From the NCBI GenBank assembly GCA_963664435.2, contig CAXXKM010000003.1:1120001-1184000 (forward strand): a stretch of DNA of 64,000 bases. The letters run 5' to 3'. This document shows positions 37,438 to 47,854 of the stretch, in pieces (positions within the stretch are counted from its first letter, which is position 1; every line of letters starts with the position of its first letter). The stretch is from Longimicrobiales bacterium. GTDB lineage: Bacteria > Gemmatimonadota > Gemmatimonadetes > Longimicrobiales > Gaopeijiaceae. Under the pieces are notes generated by a model, which saw only the letters and a list, made by a program, of their open reading frames with translations, was not told the DNA's origin and searched no databases. A program made the translations under genes and the position numbers.

Positions 37438-39476
37438 ATCCGGCCCTCCTCGCGTTGCCGCCAGTAGCCCTGCTCCCTGGGCAGGTAGTGGGGCTTGAGG
37501 TAGACGCGGCGGGCCGGGAGCGACTTGACGCCGTCGTAGGGCAGACAGATCGCCTGGTAGTTGGCGAGCAGCCCGAACTGGCGCGGCGTGAACACGGGCT
37601 CCCTCTGCCGGCGGAACGACTTGCTCGCGCCGATGCTGCCGTCCCCTCCTCCGGCGCGGCCGGACAGGAGCGAGAACTCGGGTTTGTTCGTGGTCTCGGT
37701 GAACGTGTAGGAGGCCTGCGTCTTCATGACGGAGCCGCACATGTCGGACGCGATCTTGGCCGACGCGTCGTCGGACAGCGACAGGAAGATCCGGGTGCGG
37801 AGCGTCTGGACGAGCGTGCGCCAGGCCTCGCCCGAGGGGAGCACGGAGCGAAGCGAGGAGATCGACTGCGTGGCCACGATCGGGATGCACCGGCACTGGC
37901 GCGTGAGCGCGAACGCCTTCTCGTCGCCCGACGGATCGTCCTGCCCGACGGTGGCGAACGCCTGGTACTCGTCGCATATGAACACGGCGGGCCGCATGTA
38001 GCGCTCGGGACGGCGCGCGGCTTCGGCGGGCCGCCGGAGCAGCGCCTGCATCCACGCGTTCTTGAGGAACACGCCGATCGCGCGGGCAAGCGCCGGGTTC
38101 GCGCCGGCGGGCATGTTCAGCGCCAGCACCTTGCCGCCCTCGATCAGGTCGCTGAGCGGCGGCAGCCTCCGGCGGAGTCCCGGCATGGGCTGGACATCCG
38201 GTGCCTCGTCGCCGTCCCCGTCCTCGTCCTCGGTCCGCTTGGCCGGGGGATCGTCGGCCGGCGGCGGCGGACAGAACACGCCGGCCACCTCGGGCTGGTC
38301 GAACAGCGACAGGAAGACGCTGATCCCCTCGACGATCGAGGTGCGGAGCTTGGCGTCGAGCGCCATCCAGTCGTGCCGGTACCATCGTTCGATGGCCTCG
38401 ACCTGCTCGGCGTACTCGCGTCCCGCGCCCCCGCCTTCCGGCTCCGTCCGATATTCGACCTTCAGCTCCGCGAGCAGGGTCGCGCGTTCCGGATCGAGCC
38501 GGCACGCCACCGTGGCGCTGCCGGGCGCCATGTCCCAGTCCCAGTCCTCGAGAGCCTTCCGGTGTGCGTTGAGATCCTTGGCGGCGATGACGGCCCGCAT
38601 CGGACACAGCCGCAAAGCCTCCGCCTTCGCCTCCCCGATCTTGCTGGCGAACAACTCGGCGTCGACCGTGCAGCGGTAGATGTCGCGGAGCGTGACCCAG
38701 CTCCCCGGAAGGAGCCGGTGAAGCTCGACGATCCACCGGACGAGGTTCGTGTATGCCTGCTGCCAGAACGGTTCGCGCGACTTGCCGAAGAGCTGGTTGA
38801 TGAGCGACGCCACGCCGTAGGCCATCGAGTAGGAGTCGAGCAGCGGATCGTCGAGCGGGTTCCACTGCCACGACCCCCCGAGCCCGATTTCGAGGTAGTC
38901 GTCCTCCCGGTCGGCCTCGCACAGGATGCGGCGGACCTGGTGGCAGAAGTCGCCCTTGACTTCGAGCACGAGCGCGCCCGCGCGCCGCCGGGGATCGTCC
39001 GCCTGCCAAGTGAGCAGCTGCCGAGCGAACGGGTACATGCAGGCGGTCGTCTTGCCGGTGCCGACGGCCCCGACGACGAGGATGCCGGTGTAGAGTCCTT
39101 TCTCGGGGACGACGAGCCAGGAGGGCTGGTCGCTCTCGGCGGCCACGGTTGGGTGGTGCAGTTCGCCGACCACGAGCGACGGCGCGTCGTCCTTGGGCGA
39201 GACGGGCCAGGCCGGAAGCCTGCCGCGGTTCCGGCGGCGAGTGAGCGGCTGGATCCAGACCCTCGCGACCGAGACCATGATGCTGCCGGCCAGGAGCACC
39301 GCGACGCCCGGCGCGAGAAAGTACCAGAGGTGGATCGCGCGGTGCAGGCCCGGATCGTGATGGGCGATCAGGTCGAGGTACGGGTTGCCGCCCGGACCGG
39401 GGAACGGCGCGACGAACGTGCGCCAGGCGAGCGCCGTCAGGGCCAATCCGATGAGGACGAGCGTCCACGGCCTCAT
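37434..39476 (-). CDS. virD4: Type IV coupling protein (VirD4/TraD-like)
   Basis: Two N-terminal TM helices, GAVGTGKT Walker A, FICDEYQ Walker B, ATQS. Confidence 0.85.
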   Translation of the reverse strand: MRPWTLVLIGLALTALAWRTFVAPFPGPGGNPYLDLIAHHDPGLHRAIHLWYFLAPGVAVLLAGSIMVSVARVWIQPLTRRRNRGRLPAWPVSPKDDAPSLVVGELHHPTVAAESDQPSWLVVPEKGLYTGILVVGAVGTGKTTACMYPFARQLLTWQADDPRRRAGALVLEVKGDFCHQVRRILCEADREDDYLEIGLGGSWQWNPLDDPLLDSYSMAYGVASLINQLFGKSREPFWQQAYTNLVRWIVELHRLLPGSWVTLRDIYRCTVDAELFASKIGEAKAEALRLCPMRAVIAAKDLNAHRKALEDWDWDMAPGSATVACRLDPERATLLAELKVEYRTEPEGGGAGREYAEQVEAIERWYRHDWMALDAKLRTSIVEGISVFLSLFDQPEVAGVFCPPPPADDPPAKRTEDEDGDGDEAPDVQPMPGLRRRLPPLSDLIEGGKVLALNMPAGANPALARAIGVFLKNAWMQALLRRPAEAARRPERYMRPAVFICDEYQAFATVGQDDPSGDEKAFALTRQCRCIPIVATQSISSLRSVLPSGEAWRTLVQTLRTRIFLSLSDDASAKIASDMCGSVMKTQASYTFTETTNKPEFSLLSGRAGGGDGSIGASKSFRRQREPVFTPRQFGLLANYQAICLPYDGVKSLPARRVYLKPHYLPREQGYWRQREEGRI

Positions 39477-39774
39477 GCGTGCAACACCCTTCCCGGAGGG
39501 ATCGATGCTGCGGGAGCGACCCCTGGAGGGCGTGGGGGCGAGTTGTGTGAAAACACACTCGCCGCTACGCCGCACCGAGCCTTCGGCGAGGGGGGTCGCT
39601 CCCGCCACGGCCGATGCGGCCCGTCCGGCAACGGGCGGGCGGGCCGCGAGGCCGCAAGACGCCACCGCGCAAGCGGATGGACGGAAGGCCCGGCGTGAAT
39701 CGCCGGAGGGCCGAATCGTGAAACGACCCCTCGCGTCGTTTTCACGCCGCGGTGCGGCACAGCACGCTGGCCGC

Positions 39775-40707
39775 TCATCGGTAGCGGACCCTCGCGAGGC
39801 GCTCGGTCCGCCAGGCGACGCCGCGGTCGATCGATCCGCGCCCGCCCCGCCGGCGCGCTTGTCTTTCGAGCGCGACGCTGCGCTTCAGCGCGGCCTGGAG
39901 GCCGCCGAACTCCTCGAGGACGTGGACCGCGCCCTGAAGGATCGCCCGCTCGATGCGGGCAAGTTCCTCGGCCGTCCCGGGTTCGGTTCCGGCGCGTCCG
40001 GTGGACCCGGCCCATCCGCGCGTCACCCGCCGCGCACGCTGCAGTTCGCGCCCGGTGCGGGCGACAGCGACGACCTCGACCGACCGGCCAAGTCTCCGTA
40101 GCGCGCGCCAGAGTCCGCGGTGCGCCTTGCCCCACGAGCGGAGCGCCGTCGAGGTGTCGTGGCCGGGGTCGGCGTAGACGAACAGGGCGCGCGCCGAGTC
40201 GAGCGCGACGGGCAGCTTGACGGGGAAGTGGCGCCGGGTGTTCCCGGCGGCTCCCCGGTACACGCGCACGGGCAGCAGCGAGCGCTCGATGCCGAGCGCC
40301 TCGAACGCGGCGACCTTCTCGGTTTCGGTCGGCAGCCAAGGCAGGTCGGCATGCTCGATCACGTAGTCGAGCGAAAGCAGGCGCCGCAGGAGCACCTCGG
40401 TCGATGCGCCGCGGCGGTGGCGGATGTGCTCCGCGCCGAGCGCCCGGTAGACGGGCCGTGAGAAGATCCGGCAGACCCGGCCCATGCCGGCGATGCGGGG
40501 CTCGGTCTCCTCGCTCGCGACGCGCGCCGCGATCAGCGCGTGGACGCCGCGCCGGACCTGTTCCGGGTGCGCGTTCATGAACCGCGTCCACTGGGCGCGC
40601 GTGCACACGCCGCTGTGCAGGCACACCAGCGCGATCCACTCGGCCTCGCGTCCCTTCCAGCCGAACGGTTCAAGCGCCTGCTCGCGCCCTTTGAGGTGCG
40701 CGATCAT
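39775..40707 (-). CDS. ICE-associated hypothetical protein (wHTH-like N-terminus)
   Basis: Translationally coupled within the tra operon; no recognised catalytic motif. Confidence 0.7.
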   Translation of the reverse strand: MIAHLKGREQALEPFGWKGREAEWIALVCLHSGVCTRAQWTRFMNAHPEQVRRGVHALIAARVASEETEPRIAGMGRVCRIFSRPVYRALGAEHIRHRRGASTEVLLRRLLSLDYVIEHADLPWLPTETEKVAAFEALGIERSLLPVRVYRGAAGNTRRHFPVKLPVALDSARALFVYADPGHDTSTALRSWGKAHRGLWRALRRLGRSVEVVAVARTGRELQRARRVTRGWAGSTGRAGTEPGTAEELARIERAILQGAVHVLEEFGGLQAALKRSVALERQARRRGGRGSIDRGVAWRTERLARVRYR

Positions 40708-41372
40708 CGCTCCTCCCCCGTCACCAGCGCCCGGTCGGCCTGGAGGTAGGTGATGAGGATGCCCATGGGGTTGTGGACGACCAGCTCGGGCGGGATCGAG
40801 TCGAGGAACTCGAACCGGAGCGCGACGGACCAGCGCTCGCGCAGGACCTCCTGTCCGGCCGCGAGATGCACGACCTCGAAGTCGGCCGTGGCGCCGTGCA
40901 GCGGCTCGGGCGAGGGATGGATGCGGAGCACGACCCGCTCGACCTGGCGTTCGGTCTCGGCCGTGCCGGCCGCCACGCTCGCGACCTCGTCACCGTCGCT
41001 GGCGAACGCGGCGTTCGCGAGTTCGGTCGACAGGAACCGGAGGCTCCGGGTCCAGTACTCCTGGACGGTCACGCGGCGGCGCGAGTGGAAGTCGTTGACG
41101 AACCGGTTCAGGAAGTACTTGGTCGTGGGATCGAGCGGATCGGCCTGGGCGGTGGCGGCCTCGTAGGCGAGCGCCTCGGCGCGCCCGACCTCGTCGACCC
41201 GCACCACGATGGGCTTGGGCGGCTCGGTGCCCGCGATGCGCAGCAGGACGAACACGCCGAGGACGCAGCTCGCGGAGAGGAAGATCAGGATCGTCCGCAG
41301 CTTCCGGTTCGCCTGCACCACCTCGCCCCATATCTCGGCGTACTCGCGGCCGGCGTTCCTGTCTCGTTTCAT
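40704..41372 (-). CDS. virB8: VirB8/TrbF-like protein
   Basis: One TM helix, PIVVRVDEVG, C-terminal NPMGILIT. Confidence 0.85.
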   Translation of the reverse strand: MKRDRNAGREYAEIWGEVVQANRKLRTILIFLSASCVLGVFVLLRIAGTEPPKPIVVRVDEVGRAEALAYEAATAQADPLDPTTKYFLNRFVNDFHSRRRVTVQEYWTRSLRFLSTELANAAFASDGDEVASVAAGTAETERQVERVVLRIHPSPEPLHGATADFEVVHLAAGQEVLRERWSVALRFEFLDSIPPELVVHNPMGILITYLQADRALVTGEER

Positions 41373-41392
41373 TACCAGGATCTCCTCATGTC

Positions 41393-42370
41393 TTAGACGG
41401 GCTTCGCGGGGACGGCGGCCTTGCTGGCGCCCTGCATGACGAGCGCGACGAACCCGGACCCGGCGGAGCCGGAGCCGGAGACCAGCATCGAGGCGAGTTC
41501 GCCGACCTTGAGCCCGGCCCAGAGGCCCGAGACGACGAGCGGCATGAGGACGACGGCCCAGAGCCAGAGCTCGCCCGCGTCGGCGGTGCCGGTGCCCATG
41601 AGGGCGTCGGCGTAGGTCGTGATGTAGCCGAGCCCGACGCCCATGAAGACGCGGAGCACGGCGCCGGCCACGACGCCGTAGAGCGTGTAGACCATCAGCG
41701 TCCTGAACCATCCCCAGAACAGGAACGAGAGCGGCTCGAAGAGCAGGAACGCGATGAACACGGGGCCGAGCAGGATCGCGATGGCGATCGCGACCTGCGC
41801 CCAGATCACCTGCGCGTAGGTGATGCAGAACAGCGCGAGCAGGCAGACCACGAGCGACGCGCCCATGCAGAGCGAGACCAGCGAGGAGAAGATCACGGTC
41901 ACGCCCGCAGTGACGATCGAGAGCAGGTTCCCGCCCGACCAGGCGGCGCTCAGGTGCGCGGAGTACGCCTGCACGAGCGCCGCCATCTCCGTGTAGCCTG
42001 CCGACACCACGTCGGACAGGAACAGGTTCTGGAGCCAGGCGCCTCCAGCCGCGATGGTGGCCGGGAACGTGAGCCCGACGCCCGGGATCGGCACGATGTA
42101 GTAGTGGAGCAGCGTGCGGGGGATGGCGATCCCGATCACGAGCTTGACGATCTCCCAGGGCTGGAACGTGCCGCTGAAGGCGATCTTGAGGCCCGTCCAG
42201 GCGACCATGACGGCGGCGAGCCCGCCCCAGAGCTGGAGCCCGAGCGTGTGCACGTCGGGCGCCGCGCCGCCGACCACGGTGTCGAGCACCACGTCCAGGA
42301 AGCTCTTGAAGTCCTGGAGCTGATCGTCAGGGATCTGCGTGGGTACGTTCGGATCGATCGACTGCTGCAT
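41393..42370 (-). CDS. virB6: VirB6/TrbL-like protein
   Basis: Polytopic membrane protein with LLGPVFIAFLLF..LFWGWFR. Confidence 0.82.
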   Translation of the reverse strand: MQQSIDPNVPTQIPDDQLQDFKSFLDVVLDTVVGGAAPDVHTLGLQLWGGLAAVMVAWTGLKIAFSGTFQPWEIVKLVIGIAIPRTLLHYYIVPIPGVGLTFPATIAAGGAWLQNLFLSDVVSAGYTEMAALVQAYSAHLSAAWSGGNLLSIVTAGVTVIFSSLVSLCMGASLVVCLLALFCITYAQVIWAQVAIAIAILLGPVFIAFLLFEPLSFLFWGWFRTLMVYTLYGVVAGAVLRVFMGVGLGYITTYADALMGTGTADAGELWLWAVVLMPLVVSGLWAGLKVGELASMLVSGSGSAGSGFVALVMQGASKAAVPAKPV

Positions 42371-42382
42371 CGCGAACGCCCC

Positions 42383-43291
42383 CTAGTTGCCGCCCGTGTA
42401 GAACGACGGGACACGCAAGAGCAGCCCGTCGCGGAGCGCGCCCCGGTTCCGGGAAGCCGCGTCGCGAAGCGTGCCCGCCATCGCGTTGGCGCGCGCCCGG
42501 CTCTCGCTCCACGCGGCGAGTTGTTCGAGCCGCGCGAGTTCGGCCAACTGCGCGCGGCTCGCCTCCCGGGCGGCCTGCTGGGCGAGCACCTGGGCCACGC
42601 CCGCGTTGATCCGGCCCTGGCTCAGCGCGGCCGCGACGCCGGCCTGCTGCAGAGCGGTGTTGGACAGATTGCCGTTCGCGGTCAGTCCGGCGAACGAGCC
42701 CTGCGCGCTCTCGATGGTCTCGGCGAGCGCGGACGCCGCGTCGAGCGTCGCGTAGTCGAGCACCCGCTGCCGGTCGGCGGCTTCGCGGGCACGGCGGTAG
42801 TCTTCGGCCGCGCGCGCCGCCGCCGCGGGCGGCTGGTCGCGGAACAGCGCGAGGATGTCGGCCTCGCTCACCCGGTCGGCCGCGCCCCGGGCGCTCCGCC
42901 ACAGTCCGGTGAACGAGCGGCCGCCTCGTCCGAAACCCCGGACCGCAGCGACCGTCTCGCGGGCCGTGCCCCGGAAGTCCGAGCCCCAGGAGAGCCCGTC
43001 GCGCACCAGTCCCACGGGCTCGGCGGCGAGCCGGGAGAACGGCGCGAGGAGCGCGTCGATCTCGCCGCGCGCGGCGCGCTCCATGTGGTCGAGCTGGTCC
43101 TCGAGCTCGGTGAGCTGGCGGGCCATCGACCGGATCTGGCTGACCTGGTTCGTGATCTGCCTGATCTGATTCGCGATGATCGTGGCCCGCTGGACCCAAC
43201 TGCCGAAGTCGAACTGGGCAGTCGCGGGCGCGGGGCTCGCAATGGTGAGAAACGGGACGAGCAGGGCGGGTGTGAGGATGCGGTATCGCAT
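42383..43291 (-). CDS. VirB5/TrbJ-like protein
   Basis: Signal peptide, ANQIRQITNQVSQI coiled coil, positioned before virB6. Confidence 0.65.
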   Translation of the reverse strand: MRYRILTPALLVPFLTIASPAPATAQFDFGSWVQRATIIANQIRQITNQVSQIRSMARQLTELEDQLDHMERAARGEIDALLAPFSRLAAEPVGLVRDGLSWGSDFRGTARETVAAVRGFGRGGRSFTGLWRSARGAADRVSEADILALFRDQPPAAAARAAEDYRRAREAADRQRVLDYATLDAASALAETIESAQGSFAGLTANGNLSNTALQQAGVAAALSQGRINAGVAQVLAQQAAREASRAQLAELARLEQLAAWSESRARANAMAGTLRDAASRNRGALRDGLLLRVPSFYTGGN

Positions 43292-43308
43292 GGGTGTGTC
43301 CTTTCGTG

Positions 43309-44568
43309 TCATCGGTGTGCGGTGGGGGTGGGAATGAGGACATCCGCAGTGAACCAGATGCGGAGCCGGTGGCCCGCGCGGATCGTGATCTCGGGCATCC
43401 GGTTCAGGAACCGGTCGAGTACGGAGGTGGCGCTGCCTCCGAGCCCCTGGCCGATGGCGGCCCGGAGGCCGTAGGGCGAGGCTCCGGCCAGCGTGAGTCC
43501 GCTCAGCGCGCCCACGGCGCCCGCGGCCGCGAACGTCGAGAAGTAGTGGCGGCTCACCTGGTCCTTGAGCGCGCCCTCGCCCGCCTGGTTCAGCCCGGCG
43601 AACTCAAGGTCGATCCAGCTTCCGTCGGGCATCAGCAGCCGGTGGAACGCGACCGCGAGTCGGCTCTGGTCGCGGTTCTGCGCGGCCCGGGCGGTGCCGG
43701 CGACGCGCGCGCCGCGCGGAACTAGGACCCGTTGCCGGTCCGCCGAGTACAGCGGCACCGACACCATGGCGAGCACGGGTCCGGGGAACTCGCCCGAGAG
43801 TTGGGTGAGCAGCACGGCTTCGAGGAACGAGCCCTCCCGGATCCGTTCCCAGCCGGGCGCGTCGGCGGGGACCACGTGCCGGCCGGGCTCCGCCGTGCCG
43901 GGTGCGCGAGTGCTCTGCGACAAAGCTCCTGCAGAGCCCGGCAGGAGCCCTTCGCCTGCCAGGACCGTCGGCATCTCCGCTTCGAGGGCGGCGACCGACT
44001 GCCCAAAGGACGCGAGCATTCGGTCGAGCTCGGCCTCGGGCGGCTCGGGCTCGACCGCCGGCAGGCGGGCGGCGTTCCGCGCCTCGTTCGGGTCCCTATA
44101 GGTCTGCGCGACTGGGATCGAGCGGAGCGAGCGCGCCTGCCGCTCGATCTCTTCGAGCCGGAGCGCCTCGCGAAGCTCGTACTCGGCCTGGACCATGCCG
44201 GCCACGCCATCCCATCCGCTTCCGGCTCCGCTTTCGCCTCCCGCTCCACTCCCGCCACCGGCCCCAGCCGTCTCGGCCTCGGCCTGACGGCGCTCCCTGT
44301 CGGCGCGGGCGTCGTCTGCCGCCGCCTGTAGGGCATGGCGTTCCGCCTCGGCGCGCAGCCGTCCCTCGAACGAGCGGCCCGCCCGGTCGTCCACGGCCTG
44401 CGCCTCGAAAGGGGCGGGGGCCATCGGGTCCTCTTCGGGACCCGTGAGCGACGACGAGAACAGCATGCCGGCGATGAGCACGCCGATAAGCGCGATCCCC
44501 GCCTTGGTGATGATGCCGCCCGGCAGCGCGCCCTTCGGCTCCTTGATCCACTGCTTCCAGCGGCTCAT
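43309..44568 (-). CDS. virB10: VirB10/TrbI-like protein
   Basis: EGSFLEAVL, VLVPRGA, RLAVAFHRLLMPDG and PEITIRAG motifs. Confidence 0.9.
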   Translation of the reverse strand: MSRWKQWIKEPKGALPGGIITKAGIALIGVLIAGMLFSSSLTGPEEDPMAPAPFEAQAVDDRAGRSFEGRLRAEAERHALQAAADDARADRERRQAEAETAGAGGGSGAGGESGAGSGWDGVAGMVQAEYELREALRLEEIERQARSLRSIPVAQTYRDPNEARNAARLPAVEPEPPEAELDRMLASFGQSVAALEAEMPTVLAGEGLLPGSAGALSQSTRAPGTAEPGRHVVPADAPGWERIREGSFLEAVLLTQLSGEFPGPVLAMVSVPLYSADRQRVLVPRGARVAGTARAAQNRDQSRLAVAFHRLLMPDGSWIDLEFAGLNQAGEGALKDQVSRHYFSTFAAAGAVGALSGLTLAGASPYGLRAAIGQGLGGSATSVLDRFLNRMPEITIRAGHRLRIWFTADVLIPTPTAHR

Positions 44569-45401
44569 CGCGCGTCTCTGGGCTCGAACCGCCAACCCGT
44601 CCGCTCGTCGCCGATCTGGAGCCATCCGTCGCCCAGCACGTGGCGGGCGACGTAGAGGCCGTCCTCCGTCAGATCGAACGCGACCAGGCTCGGCTCGCCG
44701 TCCCGCAGCTCGTAGAGCGCGGGCGCTTCCTGCGCGCGCGAGCGCAGATACGTGAACCGGCCGTCGTGCCACATCGCCTCGACGAGGAACGGCCGCCTTG
44801 ACGCATCCCGGTCCAACCGGTACTCGAACCGGAGACTTTCGGGATAGGAGGCGCGGAACGCCTCGATCTCCGCTTCCGCCGCAGCCTGGGTTCTGCGCGC
44901 CGCCTCGGCCGCCTCCGCGGCCATCTCCCGGTAGGCCGCGACCTCGCTCCGCGCGACGAACGCGGGCGCGCCCGCGCCGGACGTGCCCGCGGCCTCCGCG
45001 CCCTCCTCGACTCGGACGACCAGATGCGGGGGTTCGTCGCCGTGCTCCGCGACCAGAAACGAGTAGATGCGACCCGATTCGCAGACGAGCGCGATGTTGG
45101 TCGCCGCGTCCTCGGCTAGGGGCTTGAGGTACGCGACGTTCGCCGCGCCGGTCAGGTGCCAGTACTCCGAGTCGCCGGCCACGAAATCGAGGATGCGCTC
45201 GGATGCAGGGAGCACGATTACCGTAGTATGGCGTACGCGCGCGCGTACGCCATGGATCCGGTCCTGGCCGTCCTCGGCGGCCGGCACCCGGAGGAACGTC
45301 GCCTCCTCCTCGGGCTGCCTGGCGACTTTGTGTTCCTGGGCGGCCACTGGCAAGGCCCCCAACAGAAGCGTCAATGCGATAGGTATCGTTGCGGGTCTCA
45401 T
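44565..45401 (-). CDS. virB9: VirB9/TrbG-like protein
   Basis: Signal peptide, AGDSEYW, YLKP, WHDGRFTYL and EAPALY motifs. Confidence 0.88.
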   Translation of the reverse strand: MRPATIPIALTLLLGALPVAAQEHKVARQPEEEATFLRVPAAEDGQDRIHGVRARVRHTTVIVLPASERILDFVAGDSEYWHLTGAANVAYLKPLAEDAATNIALVCESGRIYSFLVAEHGDEPPHLVVRVEEGAEAAGTSGAGAPAFVARSEVAAYREMAAEAAEAARRTQAAAEAEIEAFRASYPESLRFEYRLDRDASRRPFLVEAMWHDGRFTYLRSRAQEAPALYELRDGEPSLVAFDLTEDGLYVARHVLGDGWLQIGDERTGWRFEPRDAR

Positions 45402-47854
45402 CGTGTTGTGTCCTCCTTGGGTCTAGGGGGTTGGGCGAGAGGGTTCGCCAGGACTTCGAGGGCCTTGGCGAGTCCGTGTCTCTTGACGGCCTCGGCCCGC
45501 CGCTCGGCGTCCAGAGGCGAGGACGTGTAGAGCCAGTAGCTCTCCGGATCGACTTCGAGGCGGAGCACGGCCGCCTCGTCCGGGCGCCGGAGATACAGTC
45601 CGCGCTTCGGCATCAGCTCCCGGATCCGCCCCACCTCCGACTCGTTCAGCCGGAACAGGTCGCCGACCTCGTCCGGCAACTCGGGGTTCGCCAGGAACAA
45701 CTTCGTCGGGATCGACTCCAGCAGCGCCGAGGCGCCGGGTGTTCCGGTCATGTCCACGGCCGACTGGGTCGCGAGCACGAGCGCGGCGTTCTTCTTCCGC
45801 CACGTCTTGGCCGCCTCGGCCAGGTAGGCGAGCACCGCCGGGTCGGCCAGGTAGCGCCACGCTTCGTCCACGACCATCAGCTTGAGCCGCGCGGCTTCCC
45901 GGGGGTCCTCGATCTCGAGGCGCATGCGTTCGAGCAGATAGGCCAGCGCCGCCTCGCACAGATCCGCGTGCTCGGCCGCGCCCGCCAGATCGATCACCTG
46001 CCAGTCCCGGAACTCGAGGTCGGCCCCGCCCACCGGAGCGTTGTCGAAGAACCGGCCCCAGACGCCGTCGCCGGTCCAGCGGCTGAGCGCCGGCCACATG
46101 GCGGCCGGGAGGGAGCCGGTCAGCACGCTCAGCGTGCGGCGCTCGGCTCCGAGCGCGTACAGGTCCTCGATCCGAGAGCGGATCTCGCTCGTGTCCGCGC
46201 CTGTCGGCTCGTATCCGCCGAGCCTCAGCAGGCGGAGCACCCAGCCGGTCAGGAACTGGAACGTGCGCGTGCCCGCGGGAAGCGCGAACGGCTGAAGGCT
46301 CAGCCCGGACTCGGCGTCGCCGCCGGGCGTGAGCTCGAGGTAGGAGCCCCCGAGGAACCGAGTCAGCCAGCGGTACGAGCCGCCCAGGTCCAGGATGAGC
46401 ACGCGCGGGCCGTACTTGAGCGCCTCGACCAGGAGGAAGTTGAGCGCAAAGCTCTTGCCCGAGCCCGTCGCGCCCAGGATCAGCGTGTGGCCCACGTCGC
46501 CGCGGAACAGGTCGTAGTGGTAGGTGGTGCGCCACGGCGTCTCGAACACCGCGAGCGACTCGCGGTCCAGGTGCCTGCACCGGGCCAAGCCCCGGGGTGG
46601 CCCGAACACGGGCGCGAGGCAAGCCGCGAGCCCGGCCGAAACGAACACCGTCCTCACCTGCCGCTTGCGGGGCTGGGCGGGCAGACGCGAGAACCAGACG
46701 GGCAGCTGGCCGTAGCCCTCGCGGACGGCCTTCGCGTCATGCGCGGCGAACAGGCGGCGCACGTCGCCGTCCAGCCGCTCGATCTCGTCAAGTTCGCCGT
46801 GGAGCGCAACGGTGAGCGACGCGTCGCCGTAGGCCACGCCGTCGGCTTCGAGTTCGACCAGCGCGGCGCCCAGCCGGTCCGACTCGACCGCGGCGGCCGA
46901 ATCGACCATCGCCGACGCCGTGCCCTCGGTCTCCTGCACATGCGCCATCATCGAGTAGCGGCGCGAGAAGTAGTGACGCTGCGCGCCCCGGATCCGGCGC
47001 CTGGCCGCTTCCACGGTCCACGGTCGCCATTCGAGCGAGACGGTCAGCGTCGCGTCCAGGCAGTAGAGATCCCTGAGCAGGTTCGCGTGGGCTTGGCCCG
47101 GCGGCGACAGAAGCGAATACAGGATCACCGGCTCACCGTCGAGCCTCAGGTGACTGCGCTCGGCCTCCAGCTCCGACAGTGCGAGCCGCCAGTTCATGCC
47201 GCTGCCGGTCGCGCCGTCCCACGCCATGCCCGGGCGGTTGATCAGTTCCGACAGCAGCCGGGACGCTTCCACGGCCCCCAGCATCTCGACCGGCGTGTGC
47301 TCGGCCACGAGCGACCGGCCCGCATCGACCATCGCGCGGAACCGGTCCGCCGCCGCCTCGACCTCGGACGCCAGATACGTCGGCGCTCCCTTCCTCCGTC
47401 GCTTGCGCAGCCGGGCGAGCCGGGCCAGCGGTCCGGACCGCGTGCGCTTGGCCACCGGACGGAGAGCGGACCCGAGCGACCAGACGACGTAGGCGTCGAG
47501 GCGCTGCACGCGGCGGTCGAGGAACGCGGTGCGCTTCCGCTTCGAGACGGCCGCGATGTCCGAGCCATACTCTTCGCTCCCCCGCGCGATGGCCGCCGGG
47601 CGCCGGAGCAGATAGAAGTAGAGGCGCGCGCTCGGGTCGAGTCCCGACAGCAGGCGCTGCCAGAGACCCAGCACCCGGTCGACCTGCTCCGGCGTGCGCC
47701 CGTCCACGGCGGCGGGCAACAGCCGGCCCGCAGCGATCAACTCGCCCGAGCGCGCCAGGCAGGTGCGGCCATCGTCGAGCCAGCCCCAGTAGGGCAGCTC
47801 CTCGGCCAGCGAGCCCGCCGCCTCATGCGCCCGAAGTTCCTCGGCGACTCTCAC
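45398..47854 (-). CDS. virB4: VirB4/TrbE ATPase
   Basis: GHTLILGATGSGKS, VVDEAWRYL, KTWRKKNA and ATQS motifs. Confidence 0.92.
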   Translation of the reverse strand: MRVAEELRAHEAAGSLAEELPYWGWLDDGRTCLARSGELIAAGRLLPAAVDGRTPEQVDRVLGLWQRLLSGLDPSARLYFYLLRRPAAIARGSEEYGSDIAAVSKRKRTAFLDRRVQRLDAYVVWSLGSALRPVAKRTRSGPLARLARLRKRRRKGAPTYLASEVEAAADRFRAMVDAGRSLVAEHTPVEMLGAVEASRLLSELINRPGMAWDGATGSGMNWRLALSELEAERSHLRLDGEPVILYSLLSPPGQAHANLLRDLYCLDATLTVSLEWRPWTVEAARRRIRGAQRHYFSRRYSMMAHVQETEGTASAMVDSAAAVESDRLGAALVELEADGVAYGDASLTVALHGELDEIERLDGDVRRLFAAHDAKAVREGYGQLPVWFSRLPAQPRKRQVRTVFVSAGLAACLAPVFGPPRGLARCRHLDRESLAVFETPWRTTYHYDLFRGDVGHTLILGATGSGKSFALNFLLVEALKYGPRVLILDLGGSYRWLTRFLGGSYLELTPGGDAESGLSLQPFALPAGTRTFQFLTGWVLRLLRLGGYEPTGADTSEIRSRIEDLYALGAERRTLSVLTGSLPAAMWPALSRWTGDGVWGRFFDNAPVGGADLEFRDWQVIDLAGAAEHADLCEAALAYLLERMRLEIEDPREAARLKLMVVDEAWRYLADPAVLAYLAEAAKTWRKKNAALVLATQSAVDMTGTPGASALLESIPTKLFLANPELPDEVGDLFRLNESEVGRIRELMPKRGLYLRRPDEAAVLRLEVDPESYWLYTSSPLDAERRAEAVKRHGLAKALEVLANPLAQPPRPKEDTTR

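Noticed and set aside
36424..39558. 1044-aa ORF as a giant VirB11 fusion
   Set aside because: Only the last 337 aa (from ATG 37437, with RBS) are VirB11. The upstream part is an off-frame overlap of the coupling-protein gene.
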